Origin: Myxococcota bacterium
Lineage (GTDB): Bacteria; Myxococcota_A; UBA9160; UBA6930
Assembly: GCA_965223705.1 (NCBI GenBank)
Contig: OZ245015.1
Location: forward strand, 2,240,001-2,304,000
Direction: 5' to 3'
Length of the DNA stretch: 64,000 nt
In this document: positions 1 to 9,553 of the stretch, piece by piece
Layout: each line of letters starts with the position of its first letter
Position numbering within the stretch: the stretch's first letter is position 1
Notes under the pieces: generated by a model
The model's input: the letters and a program-made list of their open reading frames with translations, nothing else
Database searches by the model: none
Told to the model about the DNA's origin: nothing
Translations under genes and position numbers: made by a program

Positions 1-670
1 CGCGCACGCGTACGACCACCGCTGTGGCATCCGGGACGGGGTTCCTGCGGTGAGCCGTCCCGACGATGCGGCTGGCCAGCACGCGGGGTGAGAGGTCGCC
101 TGCGGCGCGAACGAACGCTGTGTCTTCGAGGACTTCTTCCGCACCATCGGTGCAGAGAACGACGGTGTCTCGGGGTTCCAGATCTACGCCGAACACTTCC
201 ATCGTCAGGTCGCCACCTTCGTCGACCGCGGCGTCTTGCGAAAGCTCGTGGTCGCGGGTCAGCTGGTGTGCGCGCCCTCGCCGGATCAGGTAGGCGCGGC
301 TGTCTCCTCGATGCCCGATCACCCCGCGGTCTCCGTGTGCGAGGAGCATCGTGATGGTGGTGGAGAGTCCGCGTAGATCCGGTTCGCTCCGGACCGCGTC
401 CTCGAGCGCCATCAACGCGTGCCCCATCGCCTGGTCGACGAGGGCACGGGCAACGCGTGCACGCGGCAGATCGAGCTCCCGTCCCGTGCGATCGACGAAC
501 TCCTCGACGGTTTTCGCCGCCAGCCGAGCAGCGACCTCGCCACCCGGGCGTCCCCCGACACCGTCACAGACCACGTACAAACCCAGCCCGTCCTCCGCCA
601 GAAAGACGTCTTCGTTGTGGAACGAGTCTCCGCCGGCGCGAGAGGCACCGCTGCCTTCAGTAGATGACAT
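1..670 (-). CDS. PP2C/SpoIIE-family protein Ser/Thr phosphatase (partial, runs off window edge)
   Basis: Manual translation from ATG at 670 (GAGGGGG RBS upstream): MSSTEGSGASRAGGDSFHNEDVF...LYVVCDGVGG...GHRGDSRAY...QLTRDH...VLCTDG...DATAVVV. These are PPM phosphatase motifs. Not in ORF track because there is no stop in the window. Confidence 0.85.
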   Translation of the reverse strand, partial: MSSTEGSGASRAGGDSFHNEDVFLAEDGLGLYVVCDGVGGRPGGEVAARLAAKTVEEFVDRTGRELDLPRARVARALVDQAMGHALMALEDAVRSEPDLRGLSTTITMLLAHGDRGVIGHRGDSRAYLIRRGRAHQLTRDHELSQDAAVDEGGDLTMEVFGVDLEPRDTVVLCTDGAEEVLEDTAFVRAAGDLSPRVLASRIVGTAHRRNPVPDATAVVVRVR

Positions 671-800
671 ATACGACCCCCTCGCTCGTTTGTAGGCGTC
701 GGGAGCGCGCCCGGCAAGACTCCGCCCGCCCCGCCGGACAGGCTAGAGCAAGGGAGACTCGCTTCTTGAAGTTTCGGCCGACAACGACTACGCCCCTTGG

Positions 801-2069
801 ATGGACGCCCTGCTCCGGAAGGCCGACAGCCGCCTCGTCGAAGCGGCAAAGGGACTGCATGTGCTGGCCCATCTCGCTTGGCCCTCGTCCGTCCAATCGG
901 AGTTCCTGGCCAACTTCTCGGCCGGTCGCCCCGCCCTTCCCGAGGTGCACTACGCAAACCTCGATCTCAGCGACACGCTCCGTGAGCTCGCGCAGATCGC
1001 CGGGGACGCCGCGCGCGTCGACTCACCGATTGCTCGCTACCTCGAGCGGACCGCGCGATCCTATCTCGCGATCGGGCGTCTGATGAACTGCGCGGGATCA
1101 CGTGAGGCCGGAAACATCTCCATCGAGATCTACGGCCGACCCGGAGATCCTCTGCCCGGCAGCACCACGAACAACCTGGATGCCGCGCTTTATTTCGTCG
1201 AGATCAGCCGAGAGTACGAACGAGCGACCAGCGGAGAGGCCGTCGACTATTGCCTTACCGGGAGCATGGTCGCCGACGCCATGGCGGAGCGCATCGGCTC
1301 TGTGATTCCGGAGAATATCGTCGAGGTCAAAGTCGATTCCCGCCTGGTTGCGAAAGCGGCGGCCGGCGCCACGCGCGTCCGCCTGCGCGAGGGGACGCAC
1401 TTCACGAAATTCGACGTCGAGCAGCTGCTGCAACACGAAGTGTTTGTCCACAGCCTGACGGCGCTGAACGGTCGTGCCCAGGGGCAGCTGACGAGTCTTT
1501 CTCTCGGCGCGCCGCGCACGACCGCGACACAGGAAGGACTCGCGACCTTCGCCGAGCTTGTGACCGGGGCGATCGATATTCAACGCATGGAGCGCATCGC
1601 CCTTCGGATCATCGGAATCGATGCCGCACTGTCGGGTGCGGACTTCATTGAGGTCTTTCAGCTCTTTCGCGAGGCGGGTCAGCCCGACGTGGAAAGCTTC
1701 AATTCGACGATGCGCATCTTCCGAGGCGTTCCTGTCGACGGGGGTGACGCCTTCACGAAAGACGGTGTCTATCTACAGGGGCTCCTCGAAGTTCACACCT
1801 TCTTTCGCTGGGCCCTGCAGAACGGTCGGCTCGAGCTGGGGCGGTATCTCCTCGGGGGTCGCATGAGCCTCGGAGACGTCTTCGCTCTCGAGCCATTCTT
1901 CAGGGCCGGAGAGCTCGCGGGGCCGCGCTATCTCCCACCTTGGATGACGCAAACGAACAACCTGACCGCCCATCTCGCCTTTTCCGTCTTCGCCAACCAC
2001 ATTGCGATTGATGACGTGGTTCCGGAGGCGTTCGAGCGTACGGGCGACCGTTGGAACCGACCTCGATAG
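801..2069 (+). CDS. QEGLA-motif / DUF1704 metallopeptidase (MATCAP-like Tyr/Phe carboxypeptidase family)
   Basis: HEVFVH (HExxxH) zinc motif, TQEGLATFAE, FTKDGVYLQG. Confidence 0.88.
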   Translation: MDALLRKADSRLVEAAKGLHVLAHLAWPSSVQSEFLANFSAGRPALPEVHYANLDLSDTLRELAQIAGDAARVDSPIARYLERTARSYLAIGRLMNCAGSREAGNISIEIYGRPGDPLPGSTTNNLDAALYFVEISREYERATSGEAVDYCLTGSMVADAMAERIGSVIPENIVEVKVDSRLVAKAAAGATRVRLREGTHFTKFDVEQLLQHEVFVHSLTALNGRAQGQLTSLSLGAPRTTATQEGLATFAELVTGAIDIQRMERIALRIIGIDAALSGADFIEVFQLFREAGQPDVESFNSTMRIFRGVPVDGGDAFTKDGVYLQGLLEVHTFFRWALQNGRLELGRYLLGGRMSLGDVFALEPFFRAGELAGPRYLPPWMTQTNNLTAHLAFSVFANHIAIDDVVPEAFERTGDRWNRPR

Positions 2070-2137
2070 CGTCTGCGAGATAGGCCTTGCCCCTCGGGTG
2101 ACGCTGCTCGATCCTGGCGGCGGGAGAACACGAAACC

Positions 2138-3457
2138 ATGTCCGAGGTGCAAGCAGAAGTCTCAACCTGGTTGATGGAACGATGGGCTTCGATCCTGGAC
2201 TGGTCGACGAGCGCCTTGTTCTACAGCCAGTTGGCGGGGATCGTCGTAGCGGTCCTCATCGCAGCCCTTCTCGCCGCCCTCGCGCGGCGGCGGCTCCCCG
2301 TCTTCGCGCGGGAACCGAGCCCGGGTGCGCTCTTCGGTTTGCGTTCTGGCCTGCACCGTCTGCGCCCGCTCGTCTTTCCACTCCTCAATATCTTGTTCCT
2401 CGGCGTAGCGGTTGAGGTCGCCGAAGCCTACGAGATGCAAAGCTGGCTCATCCGTCTCGCGCGAAGCGTCGCGGTCGTGGTTCTGCTGTTTTCGATCGCC
2501 TCGGGCTACATCCAGAACCCCCTGATCAAGGCGGCCGCCAGATGGATCGTGATCCCCGTGGCGGCCCTCCAGGTCTTCGGCTGGCTCGACGACGTCACGG
2601 CGTACCTCGACTCGGTCTCGATCAACGCGGGCAACCTGCGGCTCTCGTTGTTCGCGTTGTTGCGCACCCTCTTCTTCGGCGGCCTCCTGTTCTGGCTCGG
2701 CCGGATCTCGAATGACGCTGGCAAGAAGGCGATTCGCAACCAGCAAGCGCTCAACGCCGGAACCCGGGAAGTCGCGGCAAAGCTCTTCGAGATCGGGTTG
2801 GTCGTCGTCGTCTTCCTGCTGCTGCTGAACGTCATGGGGATCAACCTGACCGCACTCGCCGTATTCGGCGGCGCGCTGGGCGTGGGCCTCGGCTTCGGGT
2901 TGCAGCAGATCGCCTCGAACTTCATCTCGGGAATCATCATTCTGCTCGACCGCTCGATCACGATCGGAGACCACATCGAGCTCGAGGACGGTCGCTCGGG
3001 CACGCTGCGCGAACTGAACATGCGTTTCGCCGTCATCGAAACCTATGACGGCAAGGACGTCGTCGTCCCGAACGAGCAGTTCATCACGACCTCGTACACC
3101 AACTGGACCCACAAAGATCCACTTCAGCGCTATGCCCTGGAGTTCCAGGTCGCCTACTCAACCGATCTCGATCTCTTGTTCGAAAACATCCGACAACTCT
3201 GTGCGGAGCATCCACAGGTCGTGAGCGGTGACGATCTGCCGATCGAGATCCGACCGGACGCCGAGATCGCCGGTTTCGGCGATTCCGGGATCGACATCCT
3301 CGTCGAGTTTTGGATGGAGGGAATCGACGACGGCAAGAACCGCGTCGGAGCGGATCTCCTGCACGCCATCTGGCGATCGATTCAGGAACACGGCATGGAA
3401 ATTCCGTTCCCGCAGCGCGAGGTGCGGATCCTGAACGACAGCGGCGACCGACGTTAG
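2138..3457 (+). CDS. Small-conductance mechanosensitive channel (MscS/MscK-like)
   Basis: Multiple TM helices; GALGVGLGFGLQQIASNFISGIIIL, IGDHIE, VPNEQFIT..YTNW, IPFPQRE. Confidence 0.92.
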   Translation: MSEVQAEVSTWLMERWASILDWSTSALFYSQLAGIVVAVLIAALLAALARRRLPVFAREPSPGALFGLRSGLHRLRPLVFPLLNILFLGVAVEVAEAYEMQSWLIRLARSVAVVVLLFSIASGYIQNPLIKAAARWIVIPVAALQVFGWLDDVTAYLDSVSINAGNLRLSLFALLRTLFFGGLLFWLGRISNDAGKKAIRNQQALNAGTREVAAKLFEIGLVVVVFLLLLNVMGINLTALAVFGGALGVGLGFGLQQIASNFISGIIILLDRSITIGDHIELEDGRSGTLRELNMRFAVIETYDGKDVVVPNEQFITTSYTNWTHKDPLQRYALEFQVAYSTDLDLLFENIRQLCAEHPQVVSGDDLPIEIRPDAEIAGFGDSGIDILVEFWMEGIDDGKNRVGADLLHAIWRSIQEHGMEIPFPQREVRILNDSGDRR

Positions 3458-3482
3458 GCCGGCCGGAGGCCGCTTCTGCGAT

Positions 3483-5234
3483 TCAGGAGTTGAGGAGCGC
3501 GTTGACCGCTTCCACGAGTTCCGAGGGGAGGTACGGCTTTGGCAGGAAGTTCACTCTTTCGTTCTTGGTGACGCGCGAAACGGTTTCCCCCACCGCGTAC
3601 CCAGAACACAAGAGGATCGGGAGCTCGGACTGGATCGCTCTCAGCTCCCGGAACGTCTTCTCCCCGCTCCAGCCCGGCATCAGCATGTCCAGAACGACCA
3701 GATCGACGGCTTGCCCGGAGGACAAGGCCTCGACCACCTCGCGACCGCCTTGATACTCGATGACGCGGAACCCCTCGGACTGAAGCACCCGAAGGCAGGC
3801 GCGACGCACGTCCTCGGCGTCGTCGACGACGGCCACCGTGCTGCGACGTGCCTCCCCACGCGATCGTTCATCGGCTGCCACGGACTTTTCTCCATCAGCT
3901 AGGGGAAGGTAGAGAGAAATTTCCGTCCCCTCGCCCACCCGCGTGTCCAACATGAAGCCGCCGCCGAACCCTCGCGCGGCCGCCAACGCGGTCGCGAGAC
4001 CCAGGCCGCGGCCGTTCCCTTTAGTCGTGGCGTAGGGATCAAATATTCGCTCTTCGATTTCGGTCGAGATTCCCGAGCCCGTATCGCGCACGGAGCAACA
4101 CGCATAGCCGCCGCCGCTTCGCGGTTCAGGGGGTATCAGATTCGAGGCCTCGAGGGTCGTCAGCGACGCATCGTGGGTATGGACGTGAATTTCGCCGGCG
4201 CGATTCCCAATGGCCTCCCCCGCATTGATCAAGCAGTTCATTACGATCTGGTGGAGTTTCGCTTCGTCTGCCTCGATCGGGAGCGAGGTACCGCACGACA
4301 CGTGCAGATCGACCTCGGGAGGCAGGGAGCTCTGGGTGAGTGCCGCAATCGCTTGAACTTCCTCGCTCATGTCGAGCAGGCGGCTCGCTTCGACGGTCTC
4401 GCCGGCATAGGTGCGAATTTGCGCGAGAAGGGCTCGCGACCGCTCCGCAGCCGAAACGATGTCCGCGACGACCGCAGCATTCTTGTCGTCGGGGTTCGTG
4501 CGGGCCGACAGCAGCTCCGAGTTCGCGAGGATCGGGACCAGCAAGTTGTTGAAATCATGAGCGATTCCGGCTGCGAGCTGTCCCAGGCCCTCGCGCTTCT
4601 CCGCTACGCGGAGCCGATTTCGAAGACGGTTCTGCTCATCGAACTCTTGCTGCAGTGCCAGCTCAGCGACGCGCTGCGCGTAGACGGCTTCGCCCAGTTG
4701 AATGGTCAGACGGTTCGAGATCGTTCCAGCCAGGAAACCGAAGAAGACGATGGCCCCGCCGATGGCAACCACGACCGTCCCCGGAACTTCAACAGGCCAA
4801 AGATGCGGGGCAATCGTGAGCAGCGCGGCGTTCGCAATCGATACGACACTGACGTTGCCGACCACCGTTCCGCACAACACGCAGGTGAAGAGGAGGACCG
4901 GCGGACCGGAGCTTCCGATTCCCTGGAAAATCGTGCAAAGCGCACCCGTCGCAAAGGCGAAGATGACGATGGAATAGGCTTTGATTTTTTCGGGTACGTT
5001 TCGCGGAAGAAGAACCGCGCACATCAGAATGAACATTACTCCGAACGTTGTCGGGAGGAACCATTCACCTGTCCGGATATCGTTCGGAATCCCGCCGAGC
5101 CACGCCATCGCCGTGAGCCCCAGGATCCAAGGCGTCATTCTCCGCAGTAGCGCCGCGCGGTGTTCGGCCACGATCGAAGTGGCATCGAACGCTTCGATCT
5201 CCTCGCCGCGTGATCTTTCGAGGCTCGGACGCAA
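3483..5234 (-). CDS. Membrane-bound hybrid sensor histidine kinase with C-terminal receiver
   Basis: N-terminal TMs; AHDFNNLL H-box, NCLINA, DTGSG, TTKGNGRGLGL; receiver VVDD...LDMLMP...FLPKP. Start uncertain. Confidence 0.9.
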   Translation of the reverse strand: MRPSLERSRGEEIEAFDATSIVAEHRAALLRRMTPWILGLTAMAWLGGIPNDIRTGEWFLPTTFGVMFILMCAVLLPRNVPEKIKAYSIVIFAFATGALCTIFQGIGSSGPPVLLFTCVLCGTVVGNVSVVSIANAALLTIAPHLWPVEVPGTVVVAIGGAIVFFGFLAGTISNRLTIQLGEAVYAQRVAELALQQEFDEQNRLRNRLRVAEKREGLGQLAAGIAHDFNNLLVPILANSELLSARTNPDDKNAAVVADIVSAAERSRALLAQIRTYAGETVEASRLLDMSEEVQAIAALTQSSLPPEVDLHVSCGTSLPIEADEAKLHQIVMNCLINAGEAIGNRAGEIHVHTHDASLTTLEASNLIPPEPRSGGGYACCSVRDTGSGISTEIEERIFDPYATTKGNGRGLGLATALAAARGFGGGFMLDTRVGEGTEISLYLPLADGEKSVAADERSRGEARRSTVAVVDDAEDVRRACLRVLQSEGFRVIEYQGGREVVEALSSGQAVDLVVLDMLMPGWSGEKTFRELRAIQSELPILLCSGYAVGETVSRVTKNERVNFLPKPYLPSELVEAVNALLNS

Positions 5235-5323
5235 ACCAAAATCCTAAGAGCGCCGCCTGGCGTGTCGCCAGATGTGGGTCAACCGGGCTCCAATGTACCA
5301 AGCCGGGGGACTCCTGAGTGCGC

Positions 5324-6946
5324 TCAATCGAAGGAGTGATTCTCGTCGGGCTCTGCCGGTTCCTGCGCCGCCGGCGCGATGTCGTCGGTGAGCTGCCGCA
5401 GGTGGTGCACCGCCCGCCACGCGTGGTGGGCGACGCGTTCCAGCCAGCGATACGCGTCCATGAGCGCCAACGCATCGGCTGCAGCCAACGCATCCGGAGC
5501 CACCTCCTTCCCGATCGTATTGCGGAACTGGACGCGGTCGCCGGAGAGATCGGCGCAAAGTGCTTCGAGCACTCTCTCCTTTGCGTCGAGCGCGTCGGCG
5601 GGTGCGGTCTCGGGAACGAGTGCGGCGGCGAGTCGCGCGGTTCGTTCGCCGAACAGGGGACTCCCGTCGAGTGCTTCCACGCGCTCGTGTTGGGCCTCCC
5701 TGGCGAGGAGACGGTTCAGTTGGTCGACGACGTGAAGAGCGGCGCGTCGACGGGCAGCGGATTCCCGAGTGGGCTCGACCAGCGAGAGATAATTTTCGAC
5801 ATCGCCGAGGGCGATCTGGAGTAGCTCGCGCCGATCCTGGTGGTTCCCCGACGTCCGATGCGAGACCAGTTGATCGCGCAGAATCTCAAAAGTGTGTTGG
5901 GCCAGCTCGACGAGCGTGGGACCGATCGCCCGTACGGCCACTTCGGGGTCGGAGAGCAGACGGCGATCGAGCCGCTCAGTGAGAGGCGTGGGGCGATCGG
6001 GTACGACCCGTTCCACGAGCCGCGCGAAGGGTTGGGTCAGCGGTAGCACCGCCACCACGCCCACGAGATTGAACGCCGTGTGGAAGGCCACAAGCGACAG
6101 CTCCGGCTGGCGCAGGAGCACTCCGGGGAGGAGCGTCTCCGAGGCGAGGACGAACATCGGTAACAGCAGGAACGCCGCCGCGGCCGTCATCACGTTGTAG
6201 ATCACGTGGGCCCAGCCCGTGCGTCGGCCGGCGAGCGAAGCCCCGATCGCCGCGAAGCCCGCGGTGACAGTGGTTCCGACATCCATCCCGATCACGAGTG
6301 CCGCGGCTTGCGGGAAGCCGATGGCACCGCCGGAGATCGCGGCCAGAGCCGAGGCGACACCGGCGCTCGAAGACTGCGTGACCAGCGTGAAGACGACACC
6401 GACGCCGACGAGCCGAAGCCGACCGGCCACCGAGTCTGCGGGAAACTGCTCCGGGGTCACCAGTCCTTCGAATGCGGCACTCCCCTCCCGAAGCATCTCG
6501 ATGCCCACAAACGCCAAGCCGAACCCGGCGATCCCCAGGCCGGCGCTCGCGAGGCGCCCTCGCCCGAACACCCGCAAGAGCGCTCCCGCGAGGACGACCA
6601 CCGGCATCGCGGTTCCGAGTTCGAGCTTGAATCCGACCCATGCGACGATCCACCCGGTGATCGTCGTGCCGACGTTCGCTCCGAAGACGATCCCGAGCGC
6701 CTGCGGGAACGTGAGGAGGCCGGCGCTCGCGAAACCGACCGCGGTGACTGTCGTGACACTCGACGACTGCACCAGGGCCGTGGCGGTCGCACCGGTAAGC
6801 GCTCCGGAAGTCGGGTTTCGCGTGAAGCGTCGCAAGGCGCGGTGGATTGCCGCTCCGGCGAGGTCCCGGAGCCCCTGGCTCAGGATGACCATCCCGAGGA
6901 GGAAGAGACCGAGACCTCCCGCGACTTCGAGGGCGTTCTGTACCAT
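5324..6946 (-). CDS. Na+/Pi cotransporter family protein (NptA/YjbB-like)
   Basis: GGLGLFLLGM, two QSSS repeats, GANVGTT and GMDVGTT; start re-picked at MVQNALEV. Confidence 0.9.
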   Translation of the reverse strand: MVQNALEVAGGLGLFLLGMVILSQGLRDLAGAAIHRALRRFTRNPTSGALTGATATALVQSSSVTTVTAVGFASAGLLTFPQALGIVFGANVGTTITGWIVAWVGFKLELGTAMPVVVLAGALLRVFGRGRLASAGLGIAGFGLAFVGIEMLREGSAAFEGLVTPEQFPADSVAGRLRLVGVGVVFTLVTQSSSAGVASALAAISGGAIGFPQAAALVIGMDVGTTVTAGFAAIGASLAGRRTGWAHVIYNVMTAAAAFLLLPMFVLASETLLPGVLLRQPELSLVAFHTAFNLVGVVAVLPLTQPFARLVERVVPDRPTPLTERLDRRLLSDPEVAVRAIGPTLVELAQHTFEILRDQLVSHRTSGNHQDRRELLQIALGDVENYLSLVEPTRESAARRRAALHVVDQLNRLLAREAQHERVEALDGSPLFGERTARLAAALVPETAPADALDAKERVLEALCADLSGDRVQFRNTIGKEVAPDALAAADALALMDAYRWLERVAHHAWRAVHHLRQLTDDIAPAAQEPAEPDENHSFD

Positions 6947-7223
6947 TCGTGAGGATTGGCCCTGCAACAATGGGGCCTGGAACGCGTTGGCCCCTAACAG
7001 GTCGCGTCCCATGCACGCTGAGAATTGGATCGGAGCGATCGACCCGGAGGCTCCTGCAACGGATGCCGCCCGGCGCGGCGGCGGCTCGCCGTCGTCGCCG
7101 GCGCATTCTTTCAATCGGAACCGGCGGACCCGGCCGATCTAGCGGCGCTGCCGCGGCCCGCGCATTGCAGGAGACAGCTCGACACAGATTGTGGCGGATC
7201 GTCCCAGCTCGGCGTGAGCAGCG

Positions 7224-7240
7224 CTGGCATGCTGCCTGCA
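7224..7240 (+). promoter_or_regulatory. Putative sigma54 (-24/-12) promoter for 7266..7532
   Basis: CTGGCATGCTGCCTGCA = GG-N10-GC, followed by AGGAGG RBS and ATG 7266. Confidence 0.65.
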
Positions 7241-7265
7241 TCGTGTTCCGCAGGAGGCTCCTGCC

Positions 7266-7532
7266 ATGGCCACCGCTGCAACCGATCCGCCCCGTTCGAC
7301 AGACTCGTCTCTCGCTACTTTGTTGGAGATGCGCGAGCACCTGACCGTTTCCGAATGGGCGCAGCGACTCGTCGACTGGATGAAAATTCAGGAAGAATCG
7401 ATGCGACGACTGAAGCCTGAGGATCCGCGCCGCAAGCGGTTGCGCAGGCGTTGTCGGATCGCCCGGCGACTTCTCAACCGAACGCGGGTGGCTCGGCCTG
7501 CGGATGAGCTATCGAGAGAACGAGTCGCCTAG
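7266..7532 (+). CDS. Small hypothetical protein (88 aa, basic C-terminal helix)
   Basis: Strong AGGAGG RBS and upstream sigma54-like promoter; no recognisable domain. Confidence 0.6.
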   Translation: MATAATDPPRSTDSSLATLLEMREHLTVSEWAQRLVDWMKIQEESMRRLKPEDPRRKRLRRRCRIARRLLNRTRVARPADELSRERVA

Positions 7533-7546
7533 TTCTCGCGGGATGC

Positions 7547-8008
7547 TCAAGATCCCGCTGGCGAAATCACGATCGCCGGGTGTCGGCCGTCCTGATCTGA
7601 ACACAGGACATCGGTCGTGGGATCGGCGTGCGCGAAGGCTCGAGAGCTTCGCTCTCCCAGGGCGTCGACGACCCCTTGCACGTAGTCTTCCGACTCCCAT
7701 CTCGGATCGTTTCCGGACGGTTCGCAGTAGCCGAGTTCGATGTGACCCGGCTCAAAGTCGCGAATCAGTTCGGCCGCTGCGTCGATCAGCACCTCGCTCT
7801 CGGCGGTCAAGCGCTCACCGTTCGGCGCGAGCGTCAGCCCGCGCACGACGATGGGCGCGTTGTCCTCGTCTGCGCCCGCGAACTCGGTGCCCGCCGTAGC
7901 GGAGGTAGCCGTGAACAATCGGATCGCCGCGAGCAGCGCGATCAGTCCGAGCAACAGCAGGAGCCGCGTTTCTTCTCTTCCGGTCTTGTTTGCGAGCCTT
8001 TGATTCAT
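7547..8008 (-). CDS. Hypothetical membrane-anchored/exported protein, possibly remote OmpA C-terminal-like fold
   Basis: Start re-picked at MNQRLANK; hydrophobic LLLLLGLIALLAAI segment; IVVRGLTLAPNGERLTAESEVLIDAAAELI resembles the start of OmpA-like domains. Confidence 0.55.
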   Translation of the reverse strand: MNQRLANKTGREETRLLLLLGLIALLAAIRLFTATSATAGTEFAGADEDNAPIVVRGLTLAPNGERLTAESEVLIDAAAELIRDFEPGHIELGYCEPSGNDPRWESEDYVQGVVDALGERSSRAFAHADPTTDVLCSDQDGRHPAIVISPAGS

Positions 8009-8020
8009 ACCGAACGGTGG

Positions 8021-8037
8021 TGCAAGTTCCGTTCCAA
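8021..8037 (-). promoter_or_regulatory. Putative sigma54 (-24/-12) promoter for 7547..8008
   Basis: Minus strand reads TTGGAACGGAACTTGCA, close to consensus YTGGCACGNNNNTTGCW. Confidence 0.7.
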
Positions 8038-8125
8038 GGTCTTGTGATCGCTCTGTCCTTCTGGGCAGGGGGAATCGGACACCCCTGGCCTGTCTTGTGG
8101 GAGCACGCGCTAGAATCGGCCACCT

Positions 8126-9553
8126 ATGTCCGATTCCGCGATGCGAGGCGCCCGGATTGTCGTGCGTGGGGACCATGGCTTGGCTCCCGCTCTCGAGGCC
8201 GCTGGTCTCGATGTGACACTGGCTCCCGAAGCGTCGCAGGGTGCCTTGGCCGAGGGCCCGCCACGCCTCGTGGTGTTTTCGGAGGACGTCCCCGACCTGG
8301 TCCGACAGGTCAGGGAGTCTCGCGCGCGCTGGCCGCTCGTCGATGTTCTCGTCCACGCCGCCGACGCGTCGGCGCGTGATGTCCGAGCCTTGCTGCAGGC
8401 CGGTGCCCGGGACGTGTTGCTCGAGACCGACACCGAGTCGGTCGCAACGGCGGTTCGTCGGGCGCTCGAGGCGCAACAAATCCTTCCCGCCGTCGAAGAG
8501 CTATCGAAGCGCCGGGTTCGTTCTTCGCGGTTCGAAGGCATGTTGAGCCGCAGCAACGCCATGTGGGACGTTTTCGAAACCTGTGCGCGGGTCGGCCCGA
8601 CGGATGCGAGCGTCTTGATCTGCGGCGAGACGGGTACGGGCAAGGAGCTTCTGGCGCGGGCCGTTCACCGACGGTCCGGAAGATCCGGGCGATTCGTCCC
8701 CCTCAACTGCAGCGCAATTCCGGACCATTTGGTCGAATCGGAACTCTTCGGACACGAAAAGGGAGCGTTCACCGGTGCCGTGAAGGAGAGTCCGGGAATC
8801 TTCCGGCGCGCGCAGGGTGGGACCGTTTTCCTCGACGAGATCGGGGATATGCCGCAACCGGCCCAACAATCGCTCCTGCGCGTCGTCGAGCAGCGCGTGG
8901 TGCGACCGGTCGGGTCAGCCGATGAGGCGCCCGTGGACGTTCGTATCGTCGCCGCCACGAACAAGCCCCTCGAGGAGGCCGTGGCTGCCGGGACGTTTCG
9001 CGAAGATCTCTTTTACCGGCTCGACGTCATCCGGCTTCAGATCCCGGCGCTGCGCGATCGTCCCGAGGATATCGTCTACCTGTTCGGGTTTTTTGCCAAG
9101 CGACTCGCCAAGCACTACGGCGTCGCACCACCGAAGATCGGTGACGCGTTTATCGGCGAGCTCACCGCGTACCCCTGGCCGGGCAATGTCCGGGAGCTCG
9201 AAAATCTTGCGGAGCGTCTAACGCTTCGCGGAGAGAGTCGAGCGCTTGCGGCGTCCGACTTCCACCGCTCCGTTCGTCCTGCCGGTGATGGCGTGGGCGC
9301 GGCCGAATCGTCTGCGTCCACCGATCGCGCGCCTCCGTGCGAGATCGACACGACAAAGACCCTCGAGCAGACCGTGATGCCTCAGCTCAACGAAATCGAG
9401 GAGCGCTATCTCGCCGCGCTTCTCACCGAGACGGGCGGGAGCGTTCGAGAGACGGCGTCCCGGGCGGGCGTGTCACCTCGAACGCTCCAACGCAAGATGG
9501 CAGCGCTCTCACTCGATAAGGCGGACTTCAAGTCGCCGGGAGCGGACGACTAA
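8126..9553 (+). CDS. Sigma54-dependent transcriptional activator (bEBP, Fis-type HTH) with degenerate receiver-like N-terminus
   Basis: GETGTGKE, ESELFGHEKGAFTGA, FLDEIG, FREDLFYRL, WPGNVREL, C-terminal HTH; TAGAAT -10-like element at 8111-8116. Confidence 0.93.
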   Translation: MSDSAMRGARIVVRGDHGLAPALEAAGLDVTLAPEASQGALAEGPPRLVVFSEDVPDLVRQVRESRARWPLVDVLVHAADASARDVRALLQAGARDVLLETDTESVATAVRRALEAQQILPAVEELSKRRVRSSRFEGMLSRSNAMWDVFETCARVGPTDASVLICGETGTGKELLARAVHRRSGRSGRFVPLNCSAIPDHLVESELFGHEKGAFTGAVKESPGIFRRAQGGTVFLDEIGDMPQPAQQSLLRVVEQRVVRPVGSADEAPVDVRIVAATNKPLEEAVAAGTFREDLFYRLDVIRLQIPALRDRPEDIVYLFGFFAKRLAKHYGVAPPKIGDAFIGELTAYPWPGNVRELENLAERLTLRGESRALAASDFHRSVRPAGDGVGAAESSASTDRAPPCEIDTTKTLEQTVMPQLNEIEERYLAALLTETGGSVRETASRAGVSPRTLQRKMAALSLDKADFKSPGADD

